This document shows, piece by piece, positions 18,097 to 27,814 of a stretch of 64,000 nucleotides of DNA; within the stretch, counting starts at the first letter, position 1, and each line of letters opens with the position of its first letter. The notes under the pieces are model-generated. The model saw only the letters and a list, made by a program, of their open reading frames with translations. It searched no databases and was not told the DNA's origin. The stretch comes from Capsulimonadales bacterium (GTDB taxonomy: Bacteria; Armatimonadota; Armatimonadia; Armatimonadales; Armatimonadaceae), in contig JANRLW010000069.1 of NCBI GenBank assembly GCA_033762295.1, forward strand, positions 1-64,000, read 5' to 3'. The position numbers and the translations under genes are program-made.

Positions 18097-21039
18097 ATGG
18101 ATCCTATTCTCTCCATTGGTCTGTCCATTGTCACTGCAGTTGCCGGTGGCGCCGCCGGGGCCTTTTACAAGGGCAAGGCCCAGTCGGATGAGTACAACAA
18201 AAAACTGGAACTCCTGAAACGGGAAAACGCCACCCTGGTCGACAAGGGCAGCCGGTCCGGCGCGGAGGATACCACCCGATTGCGCCAGCAGGAGGAGGAA
18301 ATCAGCCGGCTGAAACAGCGCGAGACGGAACGCGAAGCCGAGCTGAAACGGTTGTCCGCCGAAGCGGAGGAGAAGGCGAACCAGGTCCGAACGCTGACGC
18401 TGCGGGTGGACGAACTGGATGCCGCCGTACGGACCGCGGAGGAAACCGCTCGCCAGGTACGTGAGGAAGCGCAGAACCTGGAGGCCCGGACGCGCGACAT
18501 CTCCGTCGAAGCCGCTACGGCGGTCGAGCTTACCGACGCGCGAAAAGCCGCCGAGGATGCCGAACTGCGAGCGATGCAGGCCGAGGAGGAACTCGCGGCC
18601 CTGCGTACTCAACTGACCACGGCGGAGGCCACGCTGACCGAGGCCACCGCCGCCCGTAACGCCGCCGACACCGCGCTTGCCGCCGCTCAGACCGAACTGG
18701 AATCGATCCGTGCCGAACGCGCCGGGGCGCAGGCGGAACTGGCCCGCCTGCAGTCGGAACTCGCCGAAGTGCGCACCCAGCTTACCGCCGCCGAAACCGA
18801 GATCGCTCGAATCAACGCCGAACTGACCCGGGTGCAGTCCGAGCGAGAAACGCTGGAAAAGGATCAGGATGCCCGCTTCCAGCGGCTCCAGGAGTTCGCC
18901 GAACGACAGGTCGGCAAACTGCAGGAAGAAAATCGGTCCCTCAAGGAATCCGCTGGCACACGATCGACCGGCTCGGCGGCGGAGGAGAATTTCCATGCGC
19001 TGACCGCCATCGCGCCGGACGGCATCTTCGAAGCCGATACCGCCGGAAAATGGACCTTTGTCTCCGATGCGTGGACGAAATTAACCGGTCTCGCCGCCGC
19101 CAAGTGCAAGGAATCCGGCTGGCTGGAAGCCGTTTTCGAAGCGGATCGCGTCGAGGTCGCGGAAAAATGGCAGAAGGCGGTTCAGGAACGGCAGGCGTTT
19201 CACCATACCTTCCGGATTAACAACGCCGCGGGAACGCTGCGCCTGATCTCCATCAAGGCCCGTCCCGTGCGCGGCACCGGAAACTACCTCGGCCTGATCG
19301 AGGATATCACCGAACTGCGCCGTATCGAGGAAGGCCTGAAGTCGGCGAACGCCTGCCTCCAGTCGGTTGTCGAAGCCGCCACCGAGGGGATCGTCGTTCT
19401 CGATCGTAAAGGCAACATCACCTCATGGAACCGCGCCGCCTCAGATATGTTCGGTTATTCCCGGGATGAGGCGAACGGACGGAATATTACCGCCCTTCTC
19501 GTGGCCGATGACCGCCCGACGCTGAAAAAGGGACTGGATGCCGCGGCGAAGCAGGTGGCCAATAACGAACCGCAGGTGATGGAAGTGCTTGCCCTCTGCA
19601 AGGACGGACGCAGTCTTCCGATCGAGATCTCGGTCGCCGCGTGGAACTCCGGCGATATGGACGGCGGGATCTACTACACGGCCACGATGCGGGACGTCAC
19701 CGAACGCCGACAGGCGGAAGACTTCCGCCGTGCCAAGGATGCCGCCGAGGAATCCAACCGCGCCAAATCCCAGTTCCTGGCGAACATGAGCCACGAACTG
19801 CGAACGCCGTTGAACGCGATCATCGGCTTTTCCGAGATCCTCCATGACCGGACGTTCGGCGACCTTACTCCGAAGCAGGATCGGTACGTCGGCAACATCC
19901 TGCAGTCCGGGCGGCATCTCCTGCAGTTGATCAACGACATCCTGGACATTTCCAAAGTGGAAGCCGGACATATGCAACTGGAATATGTCGCCTTCCCGGT
20001 CGCGGTCGCCGTTCGAAACATCGAAAACATGGTCAAGGTTCTTCTGTCGAAGAAGAACATCACCCTGGAAGTGGATATCCCCGGCGACCTTCCGGTCATC
20101 ATCGCGGATCAGGCGAAGTTCAAGCAGATTATCTATAACCTGGTCAGCAACGCGATCAAATTCACTCCGGATGGCGGCAAGGTGACCATCACCGCTCGTG
20201 CGACCGATGAGAACCGCACTCTGCAGGTCGCGGTCAAGGATACGGGTATCGGGATCAAGCCGGAGGATCAGGAGCGTGTCTTCCGCGAGTTCGAGCAGGT
20301 AGACAACTCCTATGCTCGTCAGCAGCAGGGGACCGGTCTGGGTCTGGCGCTGGTGCGAAAATTCGTCGCCCTGCATGGCGGAAAGATCACGGTCTTCAGC
20401 GAAGGCGAGGGCAAAGGCACGACCTTTACCTTTGCGATTCCGTTCGGACCGTCCGAGGCAAAACCGTCCGCCGAACCGACCGCTCCGACGCCCGCTTCCG
20501 CTCCGGCGGCGACGGTTGTCGTCCCCACGCTTCCCGGCGGAGAAAAGCCCGTCGTGCTGGTCGTCGAGGACGATCAGAATGCGAGCGAATTGCTGACACA
20601 TCACCTGCAGATGGCCGGCTATGAGGTGCGAAGGACCGGCAGCGGACCCGAAGCGATCGCGCTGGCGAACGAAGCCCGCCCGGCGGTCATTACTCTGGAC
20701 GTTCAACTGGCGGAAGGGGACGGCTGGACCGTCCTGGAAACGCTGAAGAAAACGGATGCGACACGGAACATCCCCGTCTTCATCGTCTCCATCATCGAGG
20801 ACCGGGATCGGGCACTGGCGCTGGGCGTGGTCGATACCTTTACCAAACCGATCGTGAAGGAGCGTTTGCTCGAAGCCATCGGACGGAGCATTGAGGAGCG
20901 CTCGGGCGACCGTGCTGAAGCGGACGCCGGCACGGGGTCGGCTTCCGCTCCGGCGAAAAGCGAGACGGCGGGCAAAGTCGCCGCCGGAAACAATTCCGGA
21001 AACAACCAAGGCAAGCGGAACGGGCGTTCGCGCGGCTAA
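18097..21039 (+). CDS. hybrid histidine kinase: TM - long coiled coil - PAS - PAS - HisKA - HATPase - REC
   Basis: FLANMSHELRTPLN, NLVSNAIKFT, DTGIGI, GTGLGL, REC VVEDD/TLDV/TKP; ATG 18097 after AGAGG. Confidence 0.95.
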   Translation: MDPILSIGLSIVTAVAGGAAGAFYKGKAQSDEYNKKLELLKRENATLVDKGSRSGAEDTTRLRQQEEEISRLKQRETEREAELKRLSAEAEEKANQVRTLTLRVDELDAAVRTAEETARQVREEAQNLEARTRDISVEAATAVELTDARKAAEDAELRAMQAEEELAALRTQLTTAEATLTEATAARNAADTALAAAQTELESIRAERAGAQAELARLQSELAEVRTQLTAAETEIARINAELTRVQSERETLEKDQDARFQRLQEFAERQVGKLQEENRSLKESAGTRSTGSAAEENFHALTAIAPDGIFEADTAGKWTFVSDAWTKLTGLAAAKCKESGWLEAVFEADRVEVAEKWQKAVQERQAFHHTFRINNAAGTLRLISIKARPVRGTGNYLGLIEDITELRRIEEGLKSANACLQSVVEAATEGIVVLDRKGNITSWNRAASDMFGYSRDEANGRNITALLVADDRPTLKKGLDAAAKQVANNEPQVMEVLALCKDGRSLPIEISVAAWNSGDMDGGIYYTATMRDVTERRQAEDFRRAKDAAEESNRAKSQFLANMSHELRTPLNAIIGFSEILHDRTFGDLTPKQDRYVGNILQSGRHLLQLINDILDISKVEAGHMQLEYVAFPVAVAVRNIENMVKVLLSKKNITLEVDIPGDLPVIIADQAKFKQIIYNLVSNAIKFTPDGGKVTITARATDENRTLQVAVKDTGIGIKPEDQERVFREFEQVDNSYARQQQGTGLGLALVRKFVALHGGKITVFSEGEGKGTTFTFAIPFGPSEAKPSAEPTAPTPASAPAATVVVPTLPGGEKPVVLVVEDDQNASELLTHHLQMAGYEVRRTGSGPEAIALANEARPAVITLDVQLAEGDGWTVLETLKKTDATRNIPVFIVSIIEDRDRALALGVVDTFTKPIVKERLLEAIGRSIEERSGDRAEADAGTGSASAPAKSETAGKVAAGNNSGNNQGKRNGRSRG

Positions 21040-21068
21040 TCCCCGAGGTAACCCCGATCCCGATCGAC

Positions 21069-21098
21069 ACCGAACCGGGCGACGTCGCCCGGTTCGGT
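21069..21098. other. 30-bp perfect palindrome between kinase and response regulator
   Basis: ACCGAACCGGGCGAC|GTCGCCCGGTTCGGT, no U tract. Confidence 0.8.
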
Positions 21099-21132
21099 CC
21101 GAAAATGGGGTCCGGGGAGAGGCAAACAAGCC

Positions 21133-23214
21133 ATGGCTGCAAAAAAAATTCTTATAATCGAAGATAACCCCGTCAATATGGAGCTGGCGACCGACCTGCT
21201 CGATATGGCCGGCCATACGACCCTGCAGGCGGAGGATGCGGAAAAGGGCATTCGAATCGCCCGCGAAGAGATGCCCGACCTGATCCTGATGGATATCCAG
21301 CTTCCCGGAATGGATGGCCTTCAGGCGACGACGATCCTCAAGAACGATCCTGACACTCGCCATCTGCGAATCGTCGCCCTGACCGCTCATGCCATGAAGG
21401 GCGATGAGGAACGAGCGCTGTCTCTGGGCTGTCTGGGCTATATTACGAAACCCATCAATACCCGGTCGTTTTCGCGGCTCGTCACCGAGTTTTGCGACGT
21501 TCCGGTGGACGAACTGACGACCGCCGAGGAGTTTTCCGGATTGGTATCGACCTCGGTCCCGGAAAACACGGTCGAAACGTTGCCGACACCCATCGTCCCG
21601 GCATCGGTCGAGGGAATCGCTCCGGAGCCTCTGACGTTGGAACCGGAATCGGTCGCTCTCGAAGCGATCGCGCTCGAACCGGAGCCGCTGGCCCTGGAGC
21701 CGGAACCGCTGGCGCTCGAAGCTCTCGCGCTCGAACCCATGGCGCTCGAGGCTATCGCTCTCGACCCGGAACCGCTGGCGTTGGAACCGGAACCGGTCGC
21801 TCTCGAAGCTCTCGCTCTCGAAGCGATCGCGCTCGACCCGGAGCCGCTGGCCCTGGAGCCGGAACCGCTGGCGCTCGAAGCTCTCGCGCTCGACCCGGAA
21901 CCGGTGAAGGCGGAGACGGCACCGGAGTTTGTCGAAGGTTTCCGCAAACCCTCCGAATCCAGCACGCCCGACCGACCGTTTGGCGATATCCCGCTTCCGC
22001 CCCCGACGGAGACGCCGTTCCTTTACACGCCGCGCCGCGGCCGGGGTCGACGGCAACGTGAGTTTGTCGCGCCCACCCAGGAAACGCCGGTCGCCAAGAT
22101 ACTCGTGGTGGACGATGACATGCTCAACCGGGAGATGATCTCCGCCCAGCTGCGTACCCTTGGCTACGAGTCGATGGAGATCGCCGAGGACGGTTTCCAG
22201 GCGCTCGACATGGTCGATGAAACCTTCGATCTGGTGCTTCTGGACTACATGATGCCCGGAATGGACGGCTGCGAAGTCGTTCGCCGGATCCGCGATGAAA
22301 AGCGACTGATGGACCTTCCCGTCGTCATGGTGACCGCCCTTTCCTCAAGGGACGACCAGTTGCGGGCGGTCGACGCCGGAGCGAACGACTGGATTACGAA
22401 ACCGGTCGATCGAACCGAACTCTCCGTGCGTGTCCGGGCGCACCTGCGATTCAAAGCGGCCCAGGATGCGCTGAAAAAGCACCAGCGCGATCTGGAAACC
22501 ACCGTCAAGTCGCGGACATCCGAACTGCGACGCGCTCTGGAGCAGGTCACGGCCGAACAGGATCGCACGAACGAGGCGTACCTCGATACCATGCACCGAC
22601 TCGCTCTGGCCGCCGAGTTCCGCGATGGCTTTATGGCTGCCTCCCATATTCGCTGTGTCGGAAACTACTGCGCCGCGATCGCCCGATCGATGAACCTGCC
22701 GGACCTGGTCGCCCAGACCCTGCTGCATGCCGCGCCGATTCATGATATCGGTATTCTGTCGGTCCCGGAGAGCGTCCTGCTGAAAGGGGAACAGCGAACG
22801 CCGGAGGAGGAAGCGATCTACCGTGACCATACCGTGATGGGAGCCCGCCTTCTGTCCGGGGCGCGTTCGGAACTGCTGCGGGCCGGCGAGGTGATCGCTC
22901 TGACCCACCATGAAAAATGGGACGGTTCAGGCTTCCCCCACGGGCGGGACGGAGAGAATATTCCGCTCTTCGGACGTATCTGCGCCGTCGCCGACACCTT
23001 CGATACCATAACGGCCTACAATGGCGGCGAGTGGCAGGCGTCCAACGAGGACGCGCGGGAAGTCCTTCTGGCCGGGCGCGGCACCGACTTCGATCCGCAG
23101 GTCATCGATGCCTTCTTCCGGGCATGGGATGAGATTCTGACCCTGCAGCGACGGTTCCGCCGAACCGAAGCGCCGCCCGCCGACCTGATGCCGCGACTGC
23201 TGGCCCGCGTCTGA
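21133..23214 (+). CDS. REC - repeat linker - REC - HD-GYP-like response regulator
   Basis: DivK-like REC (IIEDN..LMDIQLP..TAHAMKGDEE..TKP), second REC (VVDDD..LLDYMMP..TKP), HDIG, HHEKWDGSGFP, AVADTFD. Confidence 0.92.
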   Translation: MAAKKILIIEDNPVNMELATDLLDMAGHTTLQAEDAEKGIRIAREEMPDLILMDIQLPGMDGLQATTILKNDPDTRHLRIVALTAHAMKGDEERALSLGCLGYITKPINTRSFSRLVTEFCDVPVDELTTAEEFSGLVSTSVPENTVETLPTPIVPASVEGIAPEPLTLEPESVALEAIALEPEPLALEPEPLALEALALEPMALEAIALDPEPLALEPEPVALEALALEAIALDPEPLALEPEPLALEALALDPEPVKAETAPEFVEGFRKPSESSTPDRPFGDIPLPPPTETPFLYTPRRGRGRRQREFVAPTQETPVAKILVVDDDMLNREMISAQLRTLGYESMEIAEDGFQALDMVDETFDLVLLDYMMPGMDGCEVVRRIRDEKRLMDLPVVMVTALSSRDDQLRAVDAGANDWITKPVDRTELSVRVRAHLRFKAAQDALKKHQRDLETTVKSRTSELRRALEQVTAEQDRTNEAYLDTMHRLALAAEFRDGFMAASHIRCVGNYCAAIARSMNLPDLVAQTLLHAAPIHDIGILSVPESVLLKGEQRTPEEEAIYRDHTVMGARLLSGARSELLRAGEVIALTHHEKWDGSGFPHGRDGENIPLFGRICAVADTFDTITAYNGGEWQASNEDAREVLLAGRGTDFDPQVIDAFFRAWDEILTLQRRFRRTEAPPADLMPRLLARV
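21637..21906 (+). repeat. coding minisatellite of 21-nt and 15-nt units (L[ED]PEP[LV]A and LEA[IL]A)
   Basis: 8 heptad-type and 7 pentad units; a 72-nt higher-order block recurs at 21658, 21745 and 21817. Confidence 0.95.
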
Positions 23215-23240
23215 CCGGCGTCCGTCAACCGTGAATATCG

Positions 23241-23280
23241 ACCGAAAACCGGGGAGCGTACCTCCCCGGTTTTTTTCGGT
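23241..23280 (+). terminator. intrinsic terminator
   Basis: AAAACCGGGGAG-CGTAC-CTCCCCGGTTTTTTT. Confidence 0.85.
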
Positions 23281-23290
23281 AGAATAGGCT

Positions 23291-24517
23291 GTGTCCGAAG
23301 ACCTGGTCATCGAGGCGGCTCGTTATTTGACGACCGAAAACGGGGCGCGTCTGCTCGATTCCCTCGCCTCCGTCCCCGGTGAGTCGGACCGGGCCCGACG
23401 GATCGAACGCGCCGTACCGGGAGATATCGCCCTGCGGCGGCTTGCTCTCTCCGTCGTCGCGACCCGGCGGAAGGCGACCGAACGGTTCGGCGCGATGCCG
23501 CCTTTCGTTGCCGGGTTGCTGTTCACCGAGGAGATGCTGGCGCAGGCCTCGTCGCCCGGCATCGCCCGCTACCATGCGCGCGGTCTTTCCTCTCTCCGTA
23601 CGGTTTCCGATCTCGGCTGCGGCGCGGGCATCGACAGCATAGCGATCGCGTCCGCCGGTGCGCGGGTCCTGGCCGTGGAGAGCCACCCCGTCCATCGGAT
23701 CTTCGCCCGATATAACGCCACCCTCTGCGGTGTCGCCGATCGGATCGAGTTCCGCGAGGGCGATGCGCTGGAAACTCCACCGGAGACCGAAGGTGTCTTC
23801 GCCGATCCGGCCCGCCGGGACCGGATCGGGAACCGCGTTTCGCGCCATGCCGACCTCTATTCCCCCTCCCCCGACCGACTGGCGGAGCGGATACGCGCGG
23901 CGCGAGGCGGATGTCTGAAACTGTCCCCTCTGCTGCCCGATGACTATCTGCTCTCGCTGGGCGGACGGGTCGCCTTCCTTTCCGAGGGGCGGGAGTGCAA
24001 GGAGGCCTGCGTCTGGTTCGGTGACGCCGGGCCGACGGCCGACCCGGTCTCGGCCCAGTTCGTCGAAACCGGGGAGGTGGTCACGCCGAACGGAGCGTTT
24101 GCCGATGTCCGTCCGGTCGGCGCATGGGTTCTGGAACCCGACCCGGCCGTGATCCGGGCGGGGACGATCGCCGGTGTGGCGGAACGTCTGAACGCGGGCC
24201 TGGTTTCCCCGGAGGACGTCTACCTGACGGCCGACCGGGAAACGAACTCTCCGCTGGCACGCGCCTACGCGGTCCTTGCGGTTCTGCCGTTTCGTCGGAA
24301 GGAAGTTGCCGCCTTCGTGCGAAAAGCAAATTACGGACGCGTCATCGTCAAAAAACGACGGGCGCGTATGGAACCGGACGCGGTGCTGGCGGAGATCAAG
24401 GCCTCGAACCGTGGGCCCGAACCGGAGGTGTTCTTGATCCTGGTTCGGGAACCCGCAGGGCATACGGCGATCTTCTGCACACGGCCGGTCCCGGAGAGTG
24501 CTGATGCCCATCTTTGA
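23291..24517 (+). CDS. class I SAM-dependent methyltransferase with THUMP-like C-terminus
   Basis: LAQASS, DLGCGAGIDS, ADPARR, KLSP, EPDPAVIRAG. Confidence 0.88.
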   Translation: MSEDLVIEAARYLTTENGARLLDSLASVPGESDRARRIERAVPGDIALRRLALSVVATRRKATERFGAMPPFVAGLLFTEEMLAQASSPGIARYHARGLSSLRTVSDLGCGAGIDSIAIASAGARVLAVESHPVHRIFARYNATLCGVADRIEFREGDALETPPETEGVFADPARRDRIGNRVSRHADLYSPSPDRLAERIRAARGGCLKLSPLLPDDYLLSLGGRVAFLSEGRECKEACVWFGDAGPTADPVSAQFVETGEVVTPNGAFADVRPVGAWVLEPDPAVIRAGTIAGVAERLNAGLVSPEDVYLTADRETNSPLARAYAVLAVLPFRRKEVAAFVRKANYGRVIVKKRRARMEPDAVLAEIKASNRGPEPEVFLILVREPAGHTAIFCTRPVPESADAHL

Positions 24518-24860
24518 GTACCGCTGTAACAACTGCACCCGTGAGAAACGGTTCTCGGCGCTGGTCGGCGTCGTCGCCGATGCCCGACCGCCGGTCTGCC
24601 CTGCTTGCGGAAGCGAAAACGTCACCAAGTTGATTTCGCGCTTCGCCCGTCTTCGTTCGGACGACGACGCGATCGATGCCCTGGCCGATGCGGCCGAGAG
24701 CGCCGATCCCGACGACCCGCGCGCGATGCGGCGTCTGGTGCGGGAGATGGCCGCGGAGATGGGCGACGACGGCGACAGCGGCGAACTGGCCGATGCGATG
24801 GAAGCGGAACTGGAAGCCGAAATGTCGTCCGGAAAGACCGACTCCAACGACGATTTTTGA
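24504..24860 (+). CDS. FmdB family zinc-ribbon protein
   Basis: MPIFEYRCNNC...CPACGS..VTKLISRF with acidic tail. Confidence 0.9.
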   Translation: MPIFEYRCNNCTREKRFSALVGVVADARPPVCPACGSENVTKLISRFARLRSDDDAIDALADAAESADPDDPRAMRRLVREMAAEMGDDGDSGELADAMEAELEAEMSSGKTDSNDDF

Positions 24861-24885
24861 GACGAAACGGAAACGGAGGATTTGG

Positions 24886-25875
24886 ATGGCAATGAATCTG
24901 GCAATTGTGGGATTGGACCACTGGTATACGGCGTTCGCGGCCATCGACGCCGCGCGGAATTCCGACGCGGTCCGTCTGGTCGGGGTCGCCGAACTCCGAC
25001 CCGATCGTACCGAAAAGGTCCGCGAACGGTTTCCGGACCTGAACGTGACCGACGACCCGACCGACCTTTTGACCGGCGCGGAGGCCGAACTGGTCGCGAT
25101 TTGCGCCACTACCGCCGAGGCCCCCGCTCTGGCCCGGACCGCGCTACAAAACGGGAAGCATGTGCTTTCGGTCAAGCCGCCCGCCCGTACCCTCGCCGAA
25201 CTCGACGAGGTGATCGACATCGCCGAGGAGAACGGCAAGTGGTACGGATCGTTCGAAGGCATGCAGCGTCTGCAACCGCGGAATGTTCTGTTGCGCGAAC
25301 TGATTGCGGGCGGAGCGATCGGGTCGCCGATTTCGTATCATCAGACGGGACATGGCGGTCTGCCGTCGCCCTGGCCCAACGAAACGGGCATGTCGTGGTG
25401 GCGGGACGCCGCCGCCGTTCCGGGCGGCGCGTGGATCGACCATGCCATTTACGCCGTGGATCTCGCCCGGTTCGTATTCGGAGGGGAAGTGACCCGCGCC
25501 GTCGGCCTGATGGAACGGCATCTCCACCGGGAGGAGGCGCTGGAGGACTACGGTGTCGCTCTGTTGCAGGTAACGCCCCCCGGCGGACAGGGCATCGCCC
25601 TGCTGATCGAGGATACCTGGGCGGCGGAACCGGGGAGCGGGTTCCATCAGCAGTTGTTCCTCGGAACCCGGGGCCATCTCAGGCCCGACGGACGAGACTG
25701 GGTGGTGGTCTCCGGTGGCAAGGAAACGCGCCATGCGATGACCGATGCGCCCTTCTTCGACTGGGCGGCCTTCCTGCCGACAATCACGGGCGAAGTCGCT
25801 CCGGTTTTCGGTCCCGAGGATGCCCGCGCCAATCTGGCCGCCTGCCTCGAGGTCTACGAAAGCGCGGCCCGGTAA
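24886..25875 (+). CDS. Gfo/Idh/MocA family oxidoreductase
   Basis: Rossmann N-terminus AIVG, GKHVLSVKP, GGAWIDHAIY.VD, EDYG; GGAGG RBS. Confidence 0.9.
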   Translation: MAMNLAIVGLDHWYTAFAAIDAARNSDAVRLVGVAELRPDRTEKVRERFPDLNVTDDPTDLLTGAEAELVAICATTAEAPALARTALQNGKHVLSVKPPARTLAELDEVIDIAEENGKWYGSFEGMQRLQPRNVLLRELIAGGAIGSPISYHQTGHGGLPSPWPNETGMSWWRDAAAVPGGAWIDHAIYAVDLARFVFGGEVTRAVGLMERHLHREEALEDYGVALLQVTPPGGQGIALLIEDTWAAEPGSGFHQQLFLGTRGHLRPDGRDWVVVSGGKETRHAMTDAPFFDWAAFLPTITGEVAPVFGPEDARANLAACLEVYESAAR

Positions 25876-25906
25876 CCGTCCGCACGGACGGACCGGAGAA
25901 TGAAGG

Positions 25907-27799
25907 ATGACGACGATGAAACACGTGGGGATTGCAATAAGCTGGCTTTGCCTGACCCTGTCGTCAGCGTGCGTCCATGGGCAGACGCAGAACCCGACGA
26001 CCAAACCGACCGATCCGTCGGAGGTACGGCAAATGCTGGATAAGGGAATCGACGTTCTGCCGAAAGACGCTCTTTTCACCGTTCCGGTCGGCGGACTGGA
26101 ACGAACCGGAGCGAAGCAGGCGGCGCTCGCCCTGACCGGAGAGGTTTTCACGCGTGCGTTGCGCGTGACGATCGGGCGGGCGTCGGCGGAGTCGAACGTC
26201 ACCCAGTTGACGGTGAACAATACCGTCCCGATTCGAAAGGGCGAGACGCTCGTGGCAAGCTTCGCTCTCCGCGGGAAACGCCCCGACGGTAAGACGCCGG
26301 CCGAAATGATGTTCCTGTTCGAACGAAGCACGGACCCCTGGACCAAGAGCATCTCGCAGAACGTCACCGCGCCACGCGATGGCGTCACCTGGCGACGGGT
26401 TTCGCTGGCCTTTGCCGCGGCGGAGGAGTACGCCCCCGGACAGGCGATGGTGTCCCTCCGGTTCGCTTTCGGGCCACAGACCCTGGAAGTGGCCGATCTC
26501 AAGGTCGTCAGCGTGGGAACCGGACGAACGGTCGACGAACTTCAACGGCTTTCCGCCGAACTCAACCCGCTCGGAAAGGCGACCGTGACCGTCAATCCGA
26601 CGGTCAGGAAGCAGGTCATGGCCGGGTTCGGCGGGAACTACTGTCAGGCGCGTTACGGTTCGACGGAGAAGATCGACGCGATCGGTCAGTACACGCTCGA
26701 TAATCTGCAGGTCGCGGTCGCACGGGTCGGCCTTCCGCTCAATTACTGGGCGCCGCAAAAGGGCGTCTACCGGGAGGAAGCGCAGGCGAAGGCGGCGTTC
26801 GAACTGCTGCAGGAACTGAAAAAGCGGAAGATTCCGGTGATCGCCTCGGTCTGGGAGGGGCCGGACTGGCTTCTGCCCGGTGAGCGGGAAGCGACCGGGA
26901 AAGTCCTGTCGCCCTACCGCTACGACGACTGTATCGAGACCATCGTCCGATTCCTGGTCACCGCGCGGGATAAATATCAGGCGCCGGTCGACTACTTCTC
27001 GTTCAACGAGGCGGATTTCGGCGTAAATTTCAAGTTCTCGGCGCAGGAGATTGTCGCGTTCCTGCGAAAAGCGGCGGTCCGTTTCAAGGCGGAAGGACTT
27101 TCGACCCGGTTCCTGATCGGTGATACCGCCAACGGGGGGAATCTTGCCGGCTACGCCGCGCCGCTGCTGGCGGATAAGGAACTCGCGCCGTACCTGGGAC
27201 CGATCGCTTTTCACTCCTGGGACGCACTGAGCGCGAACGAAAACGCCTACACCGCCATCGCCGACCTGGGGCGGAAGTACGGAAAACCGGTCTGGTGTAC
27301 CGAAGCGGGCCACGATGCCCAACTCTGGCAGCAGCCCAACCCGTGGGCGTCCCACGAAAACGCCCTGCGCCTGAGCGCCGCCTACGCACGGACCATTCAA
27401 CTCTCGGGAGCGGCGACGATGCTCTACTGGACCTACCAGGACAACTACCCGCTTCTGAACCGGGAGGCGACTCGTCCGTATCCCGCGCTGGCGGCGATTC
27501 GAATGATGGAGTCGGTGTTTCCTTCCGGAGCCACCGTGGTCGGAACGACCGCCGACCACGAGGCGCTGTCCGCCGTGGCAACGCTCGGACCGAACGGCAA
27601 GGGGACGAAACTGCTGCTCGTCAACCGGGGCGGAGCGGGACAGGTGACCGTTCGGGGCTTGCGATCGAACGCGAAGGCGACCCTGGTGACGCTTGGCGAA
27701 CCGGGAGCGAACGCGACCCTTGCTCCGGGCGGACCCGATTTCGTGCTGGCGTTGCCATCCCGTTCGGTGACGGTCCTGTCGCTGGAGTCGTCGGAATAG
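25907..27799 (+). CDS. secreted clan GH-A glycoside hydrolase (GH30-like) with N-terminal CBM-like domain
   Basis: Signal peptide; MAGFGG, FSFNEAD (acid/base), AFHSW, VWCTEAG (nucleophile), C-terminal LPSRSVTVL. Confidence 0.75.
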   Translation: MTTMKHVGIAISWLCLTLSSACVHGQTQNPTTKPTDPSEVRQMLDKGIDVLPKDALFTVPVGGLERTGAKQAALALTGEVFTRALRVTIGRASAESNVTQLTVNNTVPIRKGETLVASFALRGKRPDGKTPAEMMFLFERSTDPWTKSISQNVTAPRDGVTWRRVSLAFAAAEEYAPGQAMVSLRFAFGPQTLEVADLKVVSVGTGRTVDELQRLSAELNPLGKATVTVNPTVRKQVMAGFGGNYCQARYGSTEKIDAIGQYTLDNLQVAVARVGLPLNYWAPQKGVYREEAQAKAAFELLQELKKRKIPVIASVWEGPDWLLPGEREATGKVLSPYRYDDCIETIVRFLVTARDKYQAPVDYFSFNEADFGVNFKFSAQEIVAFLRKAAVRFKAEGLSTRFLIGDTANGGNLAGYAAPLLADKELAPYLGPIAFHSWDALSANENAYTAIADLGRKYGKPVWCTEAGHDAQLWQQPNPWASHENALRLSAAYARTIQLSGAATMLYWTYQDNYPLLNREATRPYPALAAIRMMESVFPSGATVVGTTADHEALSAVATLGPNGKGTKLLLVNRGGAGQVTVRGLRSNAKATLVTLGEPGANATLAPGGPDFVLALPSRSVTVLSLESSE

Positions 27800-27814
27800 A
27801 CGAGACGGCGGCGG

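Noticed and set aside
21637..21906. Repeat array considered as CRISPR
   Set aside because: In-frame coding repeats without unique spacers; no cas genes
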